A stretch of 64,000 nucleotides of DNA. It comes from an uncultured virus (IMG/VR IMGVR_UViG_3300009161_006655). Its lineage: Duplodnaviria > Heunggongvirae > Uroviricota > Caudoviricetes. Made by a program: the position numbers and the translations under genes. How positions within the stretch are numbered: the stretch's first letter is position 1; each line of letters starts with the position of its first letter. Of this stretch, positions 60,055 through 64,000 are shown piece by piece. The stretch lies in IMG/VR virus record IMGVR_UViG_3300009161_006655, one strand, 5' to 3'. The notes beneath the pieces were generated by a model. That model had not been told where the DNA came from. It saw nothing but the letters and a program-made list of their open reading frames with translations, and ran no database searches.

Positions 60055-61665
60055 ATGAAATTTAGATATGATAAAGACACTGAAGAATTAGTTGTATCAG
60101 AGGCTACAAGAATAGAATATCATCAAGTAAGTCTTTGGTTAACCCGTCATGTAAAGGGTTATAGATATATGCCTGCCTTTAAAATGGGTGTGTGGAATGG
60201 ACAGCAAACATATTTCAAAAATGGTAGAATCAATCTAGGTCTTTGGAAAGAAGCTATGAGAGGTTGTAAAGAAATTGAAACTAGTTTTGTAATGGAAAAC
60301 AAAGATGAGTTTCCTTTAAACAGAGATGTTACTTTACAAGGTGTTAGAGATTTCTGTGATGATTTTTTTAAAACTCATAAAGTTAGAACAAAGTCTGGTG
60401 AGTGGGTTCCTTTTGTTCCATATGATCATCAAATCGAAGCCGCTTATAAAATTCTAAAGAATAGATATTGTATGGCTGAGGTTGCGACATCAGGTGGTAA
60501 ATCTTTAATCATATCAATTGTTCTTTTTTATACTCTAAATAAAATAGACACCAAAGCTAAATTCCTTATTATAGTTCCTTCTATTACATTAGTAACTCAG
60601 TTCTATGATAATATCATAGAATATAATATTGGGTTTAATAATATTTTAGAAATGAGAGACCAAAAGTCTGATCATATTCTAAACACTTCTCACAGACCTT
60701 GTGATATTAGAATTGAAGAAGTAATGTCTGAAAGACCTCGTAAGTGGTCTGGTACTTTAGATGCTAATGTTTATATTGGAACATATCAATCTTTAGAAAA
60801 ATGGCCAAAAGAATTCTTCAAACAATTTCATACAGTTGTAACAGATGAAGCACACGGTGCCAAAGCCAAAACAATTACAACTATTTTAGGTCATACATTC
60901 AAATCGGCTTATTCAAGATTTGGTGTATCTGGTACATTTCCAGAAGATGATACTTGTGAAATATTAACTATTCAATCCGTATTGGGCCCAAAGATAACTG
61001 AAGTTTCTGCCAATGAATTAAAAGAAAAAGGTATCATTACTCCAATGGATGTTAAGGTTGTAATCATGAATCATGAAGATTTAGAATTTGATGGTAGAAT
61101 GACAGAGATTAGAAGAGGTGGGAATGGTAAAGATGCTTTTGATTTAGAAAAAGATTACATACATCAATCTGATAAGAGATTAGAGTTTATTAAAAAGATT
61201 GCAGATAAATGTGATTCAAATACTTTATTATTATTTCACACAATCGAATATGGTCAAAAGATATTTAATAAACTTAAAAATGAATTACCTAATAAAGACT
61301 TTTACTATATTGATGGTGAAGTAAGTGGTAAGAAAAGGGAAGTTATTAAGAAAGAAATGGAGAACACTAGTGATAAAGTTAAAGTTCTTGTGGCTTCTTA
61401 CGGCACCTTGAGCACTGGTGTCTCGATAAATGCCATCTTTAATGTTATATTTGCGGACTCATTTAAATCTGAACAAATTATTATACAATCAATAGGTCGT
61501 GCTCTTCGTTTACATGATGATAAAAAGAAAGCCAATATATTTGATTTAGTTGATGTTTTCTCAAGTAAGGAAATGTCAAATATTCTTTTCCGACATTTTA
61601 AGGAAAGAGAAAAATTCTACATAAAAAGAGGATATCCCTATAAAATTACAAAAATAAATATTTAA
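60055..61665 (+). CDS. uvsW: UvsW-like SF2 DNA helicase
   Basis: PYDHQ, ATSGGKS, DEAH, GVSGT, STGVSI, QSIGRALR. Confidence 0.9.
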   Translation: MKFRYDKDTEELVVSEATRIEYHQVSLWLTRHVKGYRYMPAFKMGVWNGQQTYFKNGRINLGLWKEAMRGCKEIETSFVMENKDEFPLNRDVTLQGVRDFCDDFFKTHKVRTKSGEWVPFVPYDHQIEAAYKILKNRYCMAEVATSGGKSLIISIVLFYTLNKIDTKAKFLIIVPSITLVTQFYDNIIEYNIGFNNILEMRDQKSDHILNTSHRPCDIRIEEVMSERPRKWSGTLDANVYIGTYQSLEKWPKEFFKQFHTVVTDEAHGAKAKTITTILGHTFKSAYSRFGVSGTFPEDDTCEILTIQSVLGPKITEVSANELKEKGIITPMDVKVVIMNHEDLEFDGRMTEIRRGGNGKDAFDLEKDYIHQSDKRLEFIKKIADKCDSNTLLLFHTIEYGQKIFNKLKNELPNKDFYYIDGEVSGKKREVIKKEMENTSDKVKVLVASYGTLSTGVSINAIFNVIFADSFKSEQIIIQSIGRALRLHDDKKKANIFDLVDVFSSKEMSNILFRHFKEREKFYIKRGYPYKITKINI

Positions 61666-61719
61666 CTGCTCCCTGTAAAGTAAGTGTTTTAATATATAAT
61701 AATATTAAAATTATTTATC

Positions 61720-64000
61720 ATGGCAACAACAATAGTTAAACAAGTAAGAATAAGAGGTAGGGAATCCAGTGCCAGAAATATCGCGCCATATAATTTGGTT
61801 GGTGGGTTAGATATTAAGCTATCTTTAGAAATTGTAAGTAAGGAATACTATGTTATACCCTATCATACCGACTCTGATAAGTTATATGCTGGTTTATACG
61901 CGCCTTCCTTTGGAAAGAAAAAGGGTGATTATGCTACTTTCTCTGATGATGATTATATACAAAAATATTTAAATGCTTTAAATAGTGGAAAAAGAGGAGC
62001 TAATTTAATCTACTATTCTGTTCCAACGGATAGACCGGTTTATCCCGGAGACGGTGATAGCAGAGAGTATCGAGAGGGAAAAGAATCTAAAAACGTATTT
62101 ACTATAATACAAGATCCATTTAATCCGTCGGTAATACCTGAAGAAGATGAAGATTTAAAAACTAGAAGAAAATTATGGGAAGATTATAATGCGGCTCAAG
62201 AAGTTGCAGATTCTAAAAAACCTATTACTGGAAGTGCATCAAACTCAGAAAATGCTACCGCTCCGGTGTCTGAAGAACCAAGAATTGATCCTTTAAGTGT
62301 TACTGGTAAATTGTTTGTTAAAAAGAAAAGTGGACCTGGTGAACTAACCGGTGAAGTCGAAATTGAGATAGTAAATGCTAATGTTGTATTCAAAGATTTA
62401 CAATTTACTGATCCTGGATTTTATGTAATAACAATATCTCATGGTGAGTCTTCTACACTTGTAGATCCTATTGATGTGGCCATTGAGGTTTTAGCTGAGG
62501 AAGTTGTAGTACCACAGGAAGAAAGTAAAGGAGTTGAAACAGATGCTAAAGTAACTGGAAATAGACCTATTATTGCTCAAATTGATAAACCAAAGATTGT
62601 TATAAATCCGATAGTGCAAAAACAAGATAAAGGAGCTGGTAGCAATCAAGAATCCATCACACAAGATTTAGGATTTAAACCACTGATACACTATCAGGCG
62701 GATTCATTAAATGAGAGAGATATAAAATCGCTAACTTTATATCATGAAGGAATTGTACCTAAGATACAATTCCGATTTTCAGATACAACGGGTATAATAT
62801 CTTTACACCCACCAAAAGCTGATACAACAATGGAATTATTTCTTAATCCTGGTTCCTCAAATTTAAAACCAATTCATTTTGTTTTTAATGTAGTTGAATG
62901 TGCTCAAGTACAAGGTTCTAAAGAATGGGATATATCCGGGACTATTTATGTTCCTGATTTATATAAAGTTAATGACCATTCTTATAAGAGAACCTCATTT
63001 GAGACTATAAGAAAAATTTGTAAAGAGTTAAAACTAGGTTTTAATTCGAATATTAATGAAACCGATGATAAAATGCCTTGGAGAAATCCAAATACTAAAC
63101 CATATGAATTTATAGAAGAAATTATCGCACATTCTTATATAGACGATGAGGCATATATGGGTGGTTATATAGATTATTACTATTGTTTTAATTACGTTGA
63201 TATTGAAAAAGAGATGAAACGTGATATATCAAAAGATATTGGAATAGACACTGCTGGTATTTCTAAAGCCACTACAACAGATGAATCCACTAGAATGCGC
63301 GCTATGTTATTATCAAATGATAAATCTTTAAAAGAATCCGCTTTTTATTTTGAAAAGTACATAACTAGAAATGATTCTACCAAAAAAGCTCAAAAGGATG
63401 GACTATTGACTGTAACAAAAGCTTATGATAGTGGAACAAAATCATTTCTAATATTTAATGTCGATTCAACAACATCAGATGGTAGTAAAACAATTCCTTT
63501 GAAAGGAGCTGAAAATGACAAAACTGAGTTTGATACGAATATTAGAACTAAATATACTGGTAAAATAGATACGGATAATGTTCATAAAAATTATAACTAT
63601 GCTATTACTCAAAATAGAATAAATTTAAATGAGTTGAATAAAATAGTATTGGAAGTTTCTATGCCTAATCCAAATTTTAATTTATATAAATTTCAAAAAG
63701 TTAATGTGCTAATAACAAATCCAACTACTACTCCGGCAAACACCGAAGAAATTAACTTTAGATATTCCGGTGAGTATATAATACTTAATATAACATATAT
63801 ATGGTTAGGTGGTAAATTATCTCAAAAGGTTGAACTTGTTAGAAAAGAAATGGGTAAAAAACCCGAAGAGATTAACAATCCAAAACCACTTGAAAAGAAA
63901 AAAGAGACTAAAGAGATTAATGAAAATCCAGTTGGCGGAACACCATCTGTTGTTTTGCCAAATAGTATTTACACACCTGGTGAATCTTATGTTGTAAAGG
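61720..64000 (+). CDS. large structural protein, probable baseplate hub-like; truncated by the window end
   Basis: ATG after TTAATATATA (61689-61698); frame MATTIVKQ... appears open for about 760 codons to the window end; missed by the ORF track because it has no stop. Confidence 0.6.
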   Translation, partial: MATTIVKQVRIRGRESSARNIAPYNLVGGLDIKLSLEIVSKEYYVIPYHTDSDKLYAGLYAPSFGKKKGDYATFSDDDYIQKYLNALNSGKRGANLIYYSVPTDRPVYPGDGDSREYREGKESKNVFTIIQDPFNPSVIPEEDEDLKTRRKLWEDYNAAQEVADSKKPITGSASNSENATAPVSEEPRIDPLSVTGKLFVKKKSGPGELTGEVEIEIVNANVVFKDLQFTDPGFYVITISHGESSTLVDPIDVAIEVLAEEVVVPQEESKGVETDAKVTGNRPIIAQIDKPKIVINPIVQKQDKGAGSNQESITQDLGFKPLIHYQADSLNERDIKSLTLYHEGIVPKIQFRFSDTTGIISLHPPKADTTMELFLNPGSSNLKPIHFVFNVVECAQVQGSKEWDISGTIYVPDLYKVNDHSYKRTSFETIRKICKELKLGFNSNINETDDKMPWRNPNTKPYEFIEEIIAHSYIDDEAYMGGYIDYYYCFNYVDIEKEMKRDISKDIGIDTAGISKATTTDESTRMRAMLLSNDKSLKESAFYFEKYITRNDSTKKAQKDGLLTVTKAYDSGTKSFLIFNVDSTTSDGSKTIPLKGAENDKTEFDTNIRTKYTGKIDTDNVHKNYNYAITQNRINLNELNKIVLEVSMPNPNFNLYKFQKVNVLITNPTTTPANTEEINFRYSGEYIILNITYIWLGGKLSQKVELVRKEMGKKPEEINNPKPLEKKKETKEINENPVGGTPSVVLPNSIYTPGESYVVK

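Overview
This AT-rich, gene-dense window looks like part of a large T4-like (jumbo) tailed phage genome. It encodes a UvsW helicase, baseplate-like genes, a tRNA cluster and auxiliary genes (purA, rpiB, mgsA, iscA, slyD). The host is probably Bacteroidota, based on -33 TTTG/-7 TAnnTTTG promoters, a T9SS C-terminal domain and A-rich leaders without obvious Shine-Dalgarno sites. The most striking item is missing from the ORF track: a Pth2-family peptidyl-tRNA hydrolase gene (29781-30140, minus) with an in-frame TAG at codon 4. Upstream of it, a leader uORF (MM*INTYKFFERPP*) has a TAG in the same TAG-ATT-AAC context and runs into a terminator-like hairpin, and a stand-alone Smr-domain gene lies just 5'. 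I infer an amber-readthrough-sensing attenuator that controls ribosome rescue. Other highlights: an ~850-nt GOLLD-like RNA; two Glu-type tRNAs with 8-nt anticodon loops; a tRNA-like RNA with a GAAA tetraloop instead of an anticodon; an ~250-nt kissing-loop ncRNA with its own promoter; a cohesin/dockerin-T9SS-CsgG-lectin surface cassette; a sugar-modification cluster with an Aah/TibC-like heptosyltransferase; about 15 proteins with a T4-like capsid-targeting N-terminus, mostly behind a TAATATATA motif; and about a dozen small proteins sharing a C-terminal R-x-x-K-I/L-x-x-I/L motif. All family calls come from reading motifs by eye; no searches were run.
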